This document shows, piece after piece, positions 27,320-35,940 of a DNA stretch of 35,940 nucleotides. Under the pieces are notes generated by a model. It was not told the origin of the DNA. It was given only the letters and a program-made list of their open reading frames with translations, and did not search any database. The stretch's first letter is position 1, and each line of letters begins with the position of its first letter. Source of the stretch: Myxococcota bacterium (GTDB lineage: Bacteria > Myxococcota_A > UBA796 > GCA-2862545); the NCBI GenBank assembly GCA_039208735.1, contig JBCCQY010000094.1:1-35940 (forward strand), given 5' to 3'. The position numbers were made by a program, and so were the translations under genes.

Positions 27320-28048
27320 ATGCCCGAATCCTCACCGCCGAAAGGCGATCCCGAGGTCGTTGCCGCTCTTGCTGCCGTGAAGGACGTCACCGACTTCTCG
27401 GACCGGCTTGACAGGCTCTCGGCCCACTTTGTTGGCCGCCCCTACCTTGCGTTCACGTTGGTGGGTGATGCGACCACGCCTGAGGAACCGGTGGCGCGCC
27501 TCGACGGGTTCGATTGCGTCACCTACGCCGAGTCCGTCATCGCGTTGGCCCGTAGTCAATCTCCCTCGGACTTTGGTCGGGAGCTGCGAGCCCTGCGGTA
27601 CGACCGGGGCAGGGTCGATTGGGCGGCGCGCAACCACTTCATGAATCGGTGGATCGAACGAAACCAACGCGACGGATGGGTCCAACCTGTGTTGTCGTCC
27701 GCGCAGGTGAGCACGGGTGAGGTTCGTCATCTCGATCTGCTGTCGGGGTACGAAGCCCAGTCCTGGGCTGTGACCTACGTTCCAGTTTCTGCGCTGGAGC
27801 GCTTGGCCGCTGCAGCCGAGGTGGGAGATGTGGTGGCGTTCGTTTCCCGCAAGCCCAATCTCGACACGTTCCATGTCGGACTCTTGGTTCCGCCGCAGGG
27901 TGAACTGCCGCTGCGGGTGAGGCACGCCGGTCGTAAGGCCGGACAGGTCATCGAACAGCCCCTACACGAGTTCATCACCATCAACGACGTTCCGGGTCTG
28001 CTTCTCGCTCGCCCGGTCCCCCCGCCGCCCGCCGAGGAGGCCGTTTGA
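27320..28048 (+). CDS. DUF1460 (AmiA-like NlpC/P60) N-acetylmuramoyl-L-alanine amidase-like protein
   Basis: G.PY...L, FDCVTYAE (Cys), LRY..G, RNHF..W, HVG (His), HA; no signal peptide. Confidence 0.88.
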   Translation: MPESSPPKGDPEVVAALAAVKDVTDFSDRLDRLSAHFVGRPYLAFTLVGDATTPEEPVARLDGFDCVTYAESVIALARSQSPSDFGRELRALRYDRGRVDWAARNHFMNRWIERNQRDGWVQPVLSSAQVSTGEVRHLDLLSGYEAQSWAVTYVPVSALERLAAAAEVGDVVAFVSRKPNLDTFHVGLLVPPQGELPLRVRHAGRKAGQVIEQPLHEFITINDVPGLLLARPVPPPPAEEAV

Positions 28049-29514
28049 AGCCAATCACCGCGGTGCTGTCCATCGAGGACGCACCCGAAGCCACCGCCCA
28101 GCGCCTCGCGGCGACCGATTTGGTCGAGCGGATTCTCCTGCTTGTACCCCCAGGTCAAGGGGGTCAGCGCTACGTCGGTCGCATGGTGCTCGACGCGATT
28201 GAAACATCGGACCCAGGGTCGGGAAGCACCGTCCACGCCATCCTCGAGCGCACCACCACGCCCGGCCTTTTGCGCCTCGATGGGGTCGTCGATCCTCACC
28301 CGACGGCGTTGCGGCGCATGCTCAACGTGATTGAAGGCACCGGGGCGGCCATGGTGTTCGGCGACTACGTGGCCGAGAATGCGGACGGATCGACCACGGC
28401 CATCCCGTTGTCCGACTACCTGGGGGGCAGCCTCCAAGACACCTTTCCGTTTGGTCCTATGCAGCTGTGGTCCACGTCGGCCCTGAAGCGCGCGGTGGCG
28501 ACCCACGGCCCGGTGACCGAGCGCAAGGTGCATGGATGGTATGACGCTCGGCTTAAGGCGAGCCACGAAGGGGCCTTTGTGCGGCTTGCGGAGCCGCTTG
28601 CCACCACCAAGCCGCGCGACGTGCGCAGGAGCGGCGAGAAGGTCTTCGACTACCTGACCGCCTCGCGCGAAGCTCAGATCGAGGCGGAGGGAATTGCAAC
28701 CGAGCATCTGGAGCGCATTGGTGCGCGCCTCACCGGCCCGTTCGAAACGTATGTGGCCGATGGCGACTGGGCCGTCGAAGCCAGCGTGGTGATTCCCGTG
28801 CGCAATCGCATCCGCACGGTTCGGGATGCGGTTCGCTCCGCGTTGTCGCAGACGGTGGACGTGAGTTTCAACGTCATCGTGGTCGACAACCATTCGACGG
28901 ACGGCACCACGGAAGCCTTGCGCGAGATTGCGGCGACCGAACCACGATTGGTCCACGTGACGCCCGAACGCAAGGATCTGGGCATCGGTGGGTGCTGGAA
29001 CGTGGCGGTGTTTCATCCCAAGGTGGGCCGCTACGTCGTTCAGCTCGACAGCGACGACTTGTACCAGGGCAACGACACCTTGCAGCGCATGGTCTCGCTC
29101 CTTCAGAGCGGCTGTGGGCTCGTGGTGGGGTCCTACACGCTCGTCAACATGGAGCTGAACGAAATCCCGCCTGGTCTCATCGACCACAAGGAGTGGACAG
29201 ACGACAACGGGGCCAACAATGCGCTGCGCATCGGAGGACTCGGGGCGCCCCGGGGCTATCCCACCGCGCTGTTGCGGGAGGCCCCTTTTCCCAACGCCAG
29301 CTACGGCGAAGACTATGCCGCCGTGCTGCGGGCCTGTCGCCAGTACCGGATTGGCCGCATCTACGACTCGCTGTACTTGTGCCGTCGCTGGGAAGACAAC
29401 TCTGACGCAGACCTGCCCCCGGCCACGAAAGCCCGCTACCAGGCCTACAAAGACGGTGTGCGAACGCTCGAGATTGCCGCTCGGCAGCGCCTGTTGCGGC
29501 AGGGGGACGCGTGA
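28045..29514 (+). CDS. Family 2 glycosyltransferase with N-terminal extension
   Basis: SVVIPVRNR, VDNHSTDGT, QLDSDD, SYGEDY motifs; TTG start coupled to the upstream stop. Confidence 0.92.
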   Translation: MKPITAVLSIEDAPEATAQRLAATDLVERILLLVPPGQGGQRYVGRMVLDAIETSDPGSGSTVHAILERTTTPGLLRLDGVVDPHPTALRRMLNVIEGTGAAMVFGDYVAENADGSTTAIPLSDYLGGSLQDTFPFGPMQLWSTSALKRAVATHGPVTERKVHGWYDARLKASHEGAFVRLAEPLATTKPRDVRRSGEKVFDYLTASREAQIEAEGIATEHLERIGARLTGPFETYVADGDWAVEASVVIPVRNRIRTVRDAVRSALSQTVDVSFNVIVVDNHSTDGTTEALREIAATEPRLVHVTPERKDLGIGGCWNVAVFHPKVGRYVVQLDSDDLYQGNDTLQRMVSLLQSGCGLVVGSYTLVNMELNEIPPGLIDHKEWTDDNGANNALRIGGLGAPRGYPTALLREAPFPNASYGEDYAAVLRACRQYRIGRIYDSLYLCRRWEDNSDADLPPATKARYQAYKDGVRTLEIAARQRLLRQGDA

Positions 29515-31826
29515 GCGACTGGAACTCGGCGCTCGTGGATTGGGCGACCGTTGGTGCCGATCCGCTCGCCTCCCTGGGCGACCGCCTTCCGGTGTTCCTC
29601 AAGTGGCAAGCCGAGCGCTGGCCACGCTTGGCGCAGGCCCTCGAAGGCTTGGGCAAGGTTCGCACCCGCTCGGTCATGGTGGCCGGGGCCCCTGTTCAGC
29701 TGCAATTCAATCCCGGTCGTGCGGTCAACAGCACCGCCAAGGTGGACCCGGCGTCGATCGCGAAGCGCAAGTGCTTTTTGTGTCCCGAGAACCTTCCTCC
29801 AGAAGAGAAAGGCATCCCGTTTGGCGAGCGGCTCATCTTGCTTGCGAATCCCGGTCCCATCCTCGAGGACCACTTCGTGTTGGCGCACCGCGAGCACCGG
29901 CCTCAAAACGCCCTGGAGGCCTTGGCCGACCTGGTTGAGTTCGCCCAGCGCACCGATGGCGCGTTCACCGTCATCTACAACGGGCCCACTTCAGGCGCTT
30001 CGGCTCCAGATCACCTGCACCTGCAGGCGGTGCGGGCGCGGAACATGCCGCTGGAAACGAGGATCGTCGACGCGCTGGGGGCCGATGGAACGGTGGGCAC
30101 CGAGGTGCTCGATGCGGAGGGGGTGCGCGGATTCCACGATGACGCTGGAGGACGCACAGTCATCGGTCTGTACGGCGCCCCCACGGCCGTCGAACGCGTG
30201 GGTCGCCGGGTGTTGCGATTCTTGTCGGCGGGAAGACCCGACGAAGCCCGCCTCAACCTGATTGCGACCGCCCTCGACGCGAGCCGAGTGCTGCTCATGG
30301 TGGTGCCTCGCGCCGCCCACCGGCCGCAGATGTACTTCGCGTCGGGAGACGCCCAGCGCTTGGTCAGCCCTGGGGCCATCGACATGGGCGGCGTCATTGT
30401 GACGGTGCGGGAGCAGGACTTCGAACGTCTGTCCGAGTCCGATCTCCAGCAGATTTTTTCTGAGGTGTCGCGCCCCATCGCGCCGGACGCGCTTCGCGGC
30501 TACCTCGAAGGGGGCCGCATGACCGAACCGCACCTCCGTGTGGGGCTCGCACAGCTCCGCACCACTGCACGCCTGACGCTGCCCGCCGGCTACGCCATCA
30601 ATGAGGCGTCGGTGCCTGCGGGCGTGGTGGACGTCACCCTGAAGGGAGGCCGCGTCACCGTCCAGCATGAAAGTGGCCCCCGGTTTACGGGTCCTGAGGT
30701 GGACATTGCGGGCCCATCCGGCGCCGCGTTCGTGCTTCACGACATGACGGTCGGCGTCGACTTTCACTGGGAACATGACGAAGACCTGAGTTTCGACGGT
30801 CGGGTTTCACTCGAATCCAGAGGTGAGACCTTCGATGTGGTAAATACGATTGGTCTTGAGGCCTACCTCAAGTCGGTCATTTCATCGGAGATGAGCGCAG
30901 ACGCACCCAAGGCCTTGCTCGAGGCCCACGCCATCATCAGCCGCAGTTGGCTGCTGGCACAGCTCGCGGGTGCGGCAAAGCCGGCCGAAGCGCCCCCGGG
31001 CCTCCGCCCGATGCTTGGAGGCCAGCGGCTGACGTTGTGGTACGACCGCGAGGACCATCTGTTCTTCGACGTCTGTGCCGACGACCACTGTCAGCGCTAC
31101 CAAGGCGTGACGCGCACGAGCACCGCCGCTGCGGTGGCGGCCGTGGAAGCGACGCGCGGTCGGGTGCTCACCTACGCAGGTGAGATCTGCGATGCGCGGT
31201 TTAGCAAGGCGTGCGGTGGCATGACGGAGGTCTTTGAGAGTGCGTGGGGCGACGAGCCGGTGCCTTATCTACAGGCTTGTGTCGATTGGGAATCGACGGA
31301 ATGGGCGTTGCCCCTGACCGACGAAGCCAATGCAGACGCGTTCATTCGCGGATCTCCTCCGGCGTTCTGCAACACCACCGATCGGGCGCTCCTCGATCAG
31401 GTGCTTCCGAAGCTCGATCACGAGACCACTGAGTTCTACCGCTGGGAAGAGGTGGTGACGCGCGAGCAGGTCCGGGAGTGGGTCAAGGCCAAGGCGGGGG
31501 TCGACCTCGGGCCGATTCAAGCCCTCAAGCCTGTCCAGAGAGGCCCCTCGGGTCGGCTCACCGAACTCGCGATCATCGGAGAAGTGAGCCGTCTAAACGT
31601 AGGGAAAGAACTCGAAATTCGGCGAATTCTGTCCGATTCCCACCTCTACTCCTCGGCCTTCGTCATCGACGAGGTCGAGGGTGGGTTCCGCCTGCGAGGT
31701 GCGGGATGGGGTCATGGGGTCGGGCTTTGCCAGATCGGCGCCGCCGTCATGGCGTCTCGAGGATACGGCACCGACGCCATTCTCGCGCATTACTTCCGCG
31801 GAGCAGTGCTCGAGACCCTGTACTGA
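29511..31826 (+). CDS. DUF4922 (HxHxQ nucleotide-phosphorylase-like) / SpoIID-LytB fusion
   Basis: QFNP.R..STAK, CFLC, YNG..GASAPDHLHLQ; then LEAYLKSVISSEM, DVCADDHCQRYQG, G.GWGHGVGLCQ.GA. Confidence 0.9.
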   Translation: MSDWNSALVDWATVGADPLASLGDRLPVFLKWQAERWPRLAQALEGLGKVRTRSVMVAGAPVQLQFNPGRAVNSTAKVDPASIAKRKCFLCPENLPPEEKGIPFGERLILLANPGPILEDHFVLAHREHRPQNALEALADLVEFAQRTDGAFTVIYNGPTSGASAPDHLHLQAVRARNMPLETRIVDALGADGTVGTEVLDAEGVRGFHDDAGGRTVIGLYGAPTAVERVGRRVLRFLSAGRPDEARLNLIATALDASRVLLMVVPRAAHRPQMYFASGDAQRLVSPGAIDMGGVIVTVREQDFERLSESDLQQIFSEVSRPIAPDALRGYLEGGRMTEPHLRVGLAQLRTTARLTLPAGYAINEASVPAGVVDVTLKGGRVTVQHESGPRFTGPEVDIAGPSGAAFVLHDMTVGVDFHWEHDEDLSFDGRVSLESRGETFDVVNTIGLEAYLKSVISSEMSADAPKALLEAHAIISRSWLLAQLAGAAKPAEAPPGLRPMLGGQRLTLWYDREDHLFFDVCADDHCQRYQGVTRTSTAAAVAAVEATRGRVLTYAGEICDARFSKACGGMTEVFESAWGDEPVPYLQACVDWESTEWALPLTDEANADAFIRGSPPAFCNTTDRALLDQVLPKLDHETTEFYRWEEVVTREQVREWVKAKAGVDLGPIQALKPVQRGPSGRLTELAIIGEVSRLNVGKELEIRRILSDSHLYSSAFVIDEVEGGFRLRGAGWGHGVGLCQIGAAVMASRGYGTDAILAHYFRGAVLETLY

Positions 31827-31835
31827 GGAGGCTCG

Positions 31836-32303
31836 ATGGCGGTTCACTATGTTTCGAAGATCCGCGTCGTGCGGCATCAAGGTCCGGACCGGACGGCCAC
31901 GATGCCCGGCGGCGAGGACGTTCCCTTCGGCGTGCACGGTGCGATCGCGGAGCACTACGGCGTGTCGATGGAGGGCCGACCCGTCCATAGCGCGACCATT
32001 GACTACGTCGTCGCGGCGGCCGCGGGTTGACTCACCGGTACCTTCGGCGGTGCGCTGGAGGCCCGGAAGATTGACGCGAGCAACGGCAAGCTGTGGTCCG
32101 AGACCGAGGGCGATGTCGAAAAGGACGACGGGGTGTTGGTCATCAAGCGGGTGCGCGTGACCTACCATCTCAAGGTGGGGGCCGATGCGGATCGGAATGC
32201 GATCCAACGCGCCTACGACCATCACGCGCGGTTTTGCCCTGTCTACCGCAGTCTTCATCCCCAAATCGAGTGCACGACGACGTTGGTTCTCGAAGAGGGA
32301 TGA
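31836..32303 (+). CDS. OsmC/Ohr-like protein, probable selenoprotein (UGA at 32028-32030 read as Sec), 155 aa
   Basis: Frame stays open past TGA for 90 codons: AAAAG-U-LTGTF...FCPVYRSL; the TGA sits at the first catalytic Cys position; GAGGAGG RBS. Confidence 0.88.
32035..32066 (+). promoter_or_regulatory. Candidate bacterial SECIS hairpin
   Basis: CCTTCGGCG-GTG-CGCTGGAGG 9-bp stem with G-initiated loop 19 nt after UGA; lower CCGG/CCGG stem. Confidence 0.75.
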
Positions 32304-32307
32304 TCCG

Positions 32308-32859
32308 TTAGTGTTGGCGGTCGAACCTTGCAATAGGAAGGTGCGGGGTGGCCCAGCGCTGCGCTCGGGCTCCTGCAACCTCCCCCGACCGGTCGATCGC
32401 TGCGGCCAGCACGCCTTGGTCCAGCATCACGTCCCACACCGTCCGGTAGGCGAGAAGGGGCTCGTCTCGGGCATTGAAGCCACGCACTCGGTCGGTGCCG
32501 AGCCAAAGCGATCCGGTGAAGGCAAGGGCTCGCCTTAGGTTTCGGTAGGCGTGATCCCACGTGGGCCATACGCCCGGTTGCCATTGGTTGCCGACGAGGC
32601 GCTGGGTACGCCGTTGACGCCGGGTCGGACACACCCCATCGAGACGCGGGGGCCGGGCATCGTCGGTGAGTCGGACGTGCAGGCGGTCGAGGATGAGCGC
32701 CCCATCCAGTGCGTAGACCCCATACCAGCCTCGAGGGCACGGTGAAAGACCAGTGACCACCTCGATTCCGTGGGTAGCCGGTTCGAAGAGAGAGTCGCCC
32801 ACGATTCGAACGAGGTCGAACGAGCGGCCCGCGAAGCGTACTCGATCGGTGATCGGCAT
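32308..32859 (-). CDS. Hypothetical protein
   Basis: ORF fills the gap; has a SPCPRGWYG.Y motif; start uncertain. Confidence 0.55.
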   Translation of the reverse strand: MPITDRVRFAGRSFDLVRIVGDSLFEPATHGIEVVTGLSPCPRGWYGVYALDGALILDRLHVRLTDDARPPRLDGVCPTRRQRRTQRLVGNQWQPGVWPTWDHAYRNLRRALAFTGSLWLGTDRVRGFNARDEPLLAYRTVWDVMLDQGVLAAAIDRSGEVAGARAQRWATPHLPIARFDRQH

Positions 32860-33026
32860 GACCCAGAGCGTAGCATGATTCACAGGTGTGCACGCGAAAT
32901 TGGGCCCGCGTCATCACTTTTCGAACGCCAAGTTCGTACGCCGCTGCGGATCGGCGGGTGAGCAGGTGGGGGATTCCCGGTGTTAGAGACGCTGCTCTCG
33001 GCCATCGCTGGCCATTCGGAGCGTCT

Positions 33027-34178
33027 ATGCGCGCGTTGACCTTCAACAAGGCCCGGGAAGACTGGGCCGCGTCCCGAGGAATGCAGCTCGAAGATGTCGA
33101 GCTTCCCACCTTGTCCACGCCCCAGGACCAGTCCTCCGTCATCGTGAAAGTGCGGTACGCGGGGTTTTGTGGCACGGACCGAGGCATATGGTCTCGCAAG
33201 GCCATGGGGGACATGGTCCTGTCGTCGCTCGAAGCGGAAGCCGCAGAGCGGCGGGTGTTCGGGCACGAACTCCTGGGGGAAATCGTCGAGATCGGCGAAC
33301 GCGTGGCCCACAAGTACGATTACGCAGTGGGTGACATTGTGAGCACCGAGTCGCACATCGTCTGCGGCGTTTGCTACCAGTGTCGTCGCGGCGAGTTCCA
33401 CGTGTGCGCCAACGAACGGATCATTGGGGTGTCGATGGACGGGTGCTTCGCCGACTACGTCAAACTCCCCGCCAAGGCGCTGTGGCGCACCGACCTGTCT
33501 CGGATTCGACCCGAGATTGCGGCCGTCCAAGAGCCCTTCGGCAACGCGGTGCACGCGTGTCAGGCCACCGATCTACGAGGGCAGACGGTTGCGGTTCTGG
33601 GCACCGGCACCATCGGCCTGTTTGCCGTGTTGGTGGCGCGGGGCATGGGGGCTCGCCGCGTCATCGGCATCGAACCCGACGAAAAGCACCGAAACCAGGC
33701 GAAGAAGCTGGGGTGTGATGCCGTCTTTGTGCCCGGGCGTTCGCCGGCCGAGGCCCCTTGGCAGGCTGACGAAGCGCTACGCGAGGCGGTCCTCGACTAC
33801 ACCGATGGCGTGGGGGTCGATGTGGCCATGGAGATGTCGGGCCATCCGAGTTCCCTCAACAATGCCCTGAAAATCGTGCGACGCGGGGGCAACGTGGTGT
33901 TGTTTGGCCTTCGGAACGGCGATGCCCAGATCCAGGACTTCCACAAGATCATCATGAACGGCATCCAGCTGCACGGCATCGTGGGTCGACGCATCTTCGG
34001 CACATGGGAAATGACGCGGGCACTTCTCGAAAACACGAGCAACGGGATTCAGGACGCGATCTGGGAGGTCATCCTGAATCGAGGCCAGGAGAGTGTGGTT
34101 GACATTGACGACTTCACGCCGGAGTCGTTCGAAGAGGTGATGCGACGCTTCACCAATCCGATCTTCAAGTTTGCCTAA
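33027..34178 (+). CDS. tdh: Zn-dependent medium-chain dehydrogenase, L-threonine 3-dehydrogenase-like
   Basis: CGTD, GHE, ESHIVCGVCYQC..G..HVC, QEPFGNAVH, G.G.IG, EMSG, GI.GRRIF.TW motifs. Confidence 0.8.
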   Translation: MRALTFNKAREDWAASRGMQLEDVELPTLSTPQDQSSVIVKVRYAGFCGTDRGIWSRKAMGDMVLSSLEAEAAERRVFGHELLGEIVEIGERVAHKYDYAVGDIVSTESHIVCGVCYQCRRGEFHVCANERIIGVSMDGCFADYVKLPAKALWRTDLSRIRPEIAAVQEPFGNAVHACQATDLRGQTVAVLGTGTIGLFAVLVARGMGARRVIGIEPDEKHRNQAKKLGCDAVFVPGRSPAEAPWQADEALREAVLDYTDGVGVDVAMEMSGHPSSLNNALKIVRRGGNVVLFGLRNGDAQIQDFHKIIMNGIQLHGIVGRRIFGTWEMTRALLENTSNGIQDAIWEVILNRGQESVVDIDDFTPESFEEVMRRFTNPIFKFA

Positions 34179-34256
34179 AGATGGGATGAGGAGGCCGGTC
34201 CTCCAGAACGGGGCACAATCCCCGGGTGTGTGACAGCACCAACAGGAGAACCGGCC

Positions 34257-35291
34257 ATGCTCGAGAATAGCGCAGTATCTGTAGGTTTGGACGTGGGTGA
34301 TCGCTGGACGTACTTCTGTGCCGTCGACCACGGGGGCATCGTTCTTCAGGAGGGCCGCGTTCCCTCGACTACCCAGGGCCTGAACGGGATCATCAAGACG
34401 TTCCGACGTGCCCAATGGGTGATGGAAGCCGGAACCCATTCGTTCTGGATGGATCGACATCTCTGTGGCTCTGGAATTGAGAACATCGTCGTGAATCCTC
34501 GTCGGCTGAAGGCGGTCTCGGACTCGTTGCGAAAGACGGATCGGTCAGATGCAGCGATGCTGGCTCTGCTCGGCATGTTCAACCCGAAGCTCCTCTGGCA
34601 GGTCCGACACCGCAGCTACGATTCCCAGCTTGGGCTGGGGCTTCTCAAGGTTCGGGAACAGCTCGTTCGAACGCGAACCAAGCTGATCAATACGATTCGT
34701 GGGTTGGTGAAGTCATTCGGCGCTCGCCTGCGCTCATGCGATACCGCGCGATTTCATAAGTTGCGCCTCGATGTTCCGGACGGACTGCGTGAGGTAGTGG
34801 AGCCGCTGTTCGACGTCATCGAGACGCTGCAGACGAAGATTGGAGAGCTGGACAACCAGATTTTGCAGCTCGCGCAATCCAATCCAGCTTCCGAGCGACT
34901 GATGAGTGTCCCCGGGGTCGGTCCGATCACATCCCTCGCGTTTGTCCTGGTGATCGATGATCCCACGCGATTCGCAAAGACCCGGCAGGTCGGCGCATAC
35001 CTTGGATTGACCCGACGCATCGACCAAAGCGGGGACTCGAATCGGGAACTCGCCATCACCAAAGCCGGCGACAAGATGCTTCGTAAACTCCTGGTTCAAT
35101 GCTCCCATCTGGTCCTTCGTGACAAAGCCCCGGACAATGCCCTGAAGCAGTGGGGCCTCCGGCTCCTCGATCGCGGTGGGCGAGGGGCCCGAGGGAAAGC
35201 CGTGGTGGCCGTAGCGAGAAAGTTGGCCACCCTCCTGCTCTCCCTCTGGAAGAAGAACCAGACGTTCCAGGCGTTTCCGGCTGCAGCCTGA
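34257..35291 (+). CDS. IS110-family (IS1111 group) recombinase/transposase
   Basis: VGLDVG, MEAG, KTDRSDA, VPGVGP, YLGL....QSG, ITKAG, AVARKL motifs; AGGAG RBS. Confidence 0.97.
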   Translation: MLENSAVSVGLDVGDRWTYFCAVDHGGIVLQEGRVPSTTQGLNGIIKTFRRAQWVMEAGTHSFWMDRHLCGSGIENIVVNPRRLKAVSDSLRKTDRSDAAMLALLGMFNPKLLWQVRHRSYDSQLGLGLLKVREQLVRTRTKLINTIRGLVKSFGARLRSCDTARFHKLRLDVPDGLREVVEPLFDVIETLQTKIGELDNQILQLAQSNPASERLMSVPGVGPITSLAFVLVIDDPTRFAKTRQVGAYLGLTRRIDQSGDSNRELAITKAGDKMLRKLLVQCSHLVLRDKAPDNALKQWGLRLLDRGGRGARGKAVVAVARKLATLLLSLWKKNQTFQAFPAAA

Positions 35292-35393
35292 ACCGGTGAA
35301 CCCAACCAGGATCCCCCGCTACCGATGACTTCGCCTTCTTCACGCACCGAACGAGCTTCGGCAACTGCGACACGCGCTTCGCATCCTCTGCAT

Positions 35394-35586
35394 CTGCAGG
35401 TTGAATGCGATCTAAAGATTGCAGTGCCCGCTCACACGGAGCCCAACATGCAGCGATGGGCCGTCGACTGCGGATGGAAGCCTGGCTGGCGTGAAGATGC
35501 GGGCGAAGAACGGGTCGGGTCGCGAGGCTCGGGCGGGGTGAAGCCCCGCGCCCCTCCCGTTCCCACCAGAATCTCGCCCGATCAAC
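35394..35586 (+). ncRNA. Bridge/seek RNA in the right end of the IS1111-type element (ends approximate)
   Basis: Stem 35394-35403/35444-35453 encloses CTAAAG and CACACG, which match the flanking target; ATGGAAG (35474-80) matches the element's right end. Confidence 0.75.
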
Positions 35587-35697
35587 TTGACTTGGACTGG
35601 CCTCCTCATGGAAGCGTGTGGACAGTTTCCGCATGCGGTCAGAATTCGGCTCTCCAGACTGGACAAGCGAACACTGAACATTTAATCATGCTCCCTC

Positions 35698-35940
35698 ATG
35701 AAGGGTCTGGTGCCATTCCTCGACGAACTCGTCGCGCTCGCCGATGCTCACCCCACGCGAGGGCCGGTGGGAGCGTTGCGTCGGTTCCTTGCCGGCGTGC
35801 TCTGGATCCTTCGGACCGGCGCGCCGTGGCGGGACCTCCCGAGCGCATTCGGCGCCTGGAACAGCGTGTTCCGCCGGTTCCGGAGATGTGAGCGGTCGGG
35901 CCGATGGGCGCGGCTCGGGATCCGGCTGGCTCGCGTCGAG
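35698..35940 (+). CDS. IS5-family transposase N-terminal region, runs off the window
   Basis: GVLWILRTGAPWRDLP..FG.WNSVFRRFRR....G.W signature; frame open to the window end, so absent from the ORF track. Confidence 0.88.
   Translation, partial: MKGLVPFLDELVALADAHPTRGPVGALRRFLAGVLWILRTGAPWRDLPSAFGAWNSVFRRFRRCERSGRWARLGIRLARVE

Larger units (their letters stand above)
34181..35614 (+). mobile_element. IS1111-group (IS110 family) insertion sequence, complete
   Basis: Sub-terminal inverted repeats 34186-34201 and 35594-35609 (15/16 match); AAG at both boundaries (34178-80, 35612-14); long 3' non-coding end. Confidence 0.9.

Noticed and set aside
31836..32030. 64-aa stand-alone ORF or nonsense pseudogene
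   Set aside because: The UGA position and the SECIS-like hairpin favour Sec read-through.
35587..35614. Junction promoter for the IS1111-type element
   Set aside because: A -35 TTGACT is present, but the reconstructed -10 (GAAGAT at 18 nt) is poor, so it is not called.
1..35940. tRNA, rRNA, prophage or defence-system genes
   Set aside because: None recognised by eye; no covariance search was run.

Overview
GC-rich bacterial window. It looks Myxococcota-like (inferred from CGDG cysteine-rich repeats, a MYXO-CTERM-like tail and many lipoproteins). The first ~205 bp are foreign (43% GC, one CpG) and cut off nuoL, probably an assembly chimera. The window then carries the end of a complex I operon (nuoL'-M-N), in which NuoN has an extra OmpA-like C-terminal domain. 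It also holds an Amt transporter behind a sigma54-type promoter with tandem palindromes, tmk, surface lipoproteins, a LysR/SRPBCC pair and a six-gene heme/DUF1501/beta-helix envelope cluster. Further on are a DUF1460-GT2-DUF4922/SpoIID cluster, an OsmC-like selenoprotein (in-frame UGA plus SECIS) that the ORF track truncates, and a tdh-like gene. The best-supported unusual features are two complete IS110-family elements whose ends, core and bridge-RNA guides can be read from the sequence. One appears programmed to insert antisense between a Shine-Dalgarno sequence and its start codon. The other (IS1111 type) appears to target the end of an IS5 element. All family assignments come from motif recognition, not database searches.
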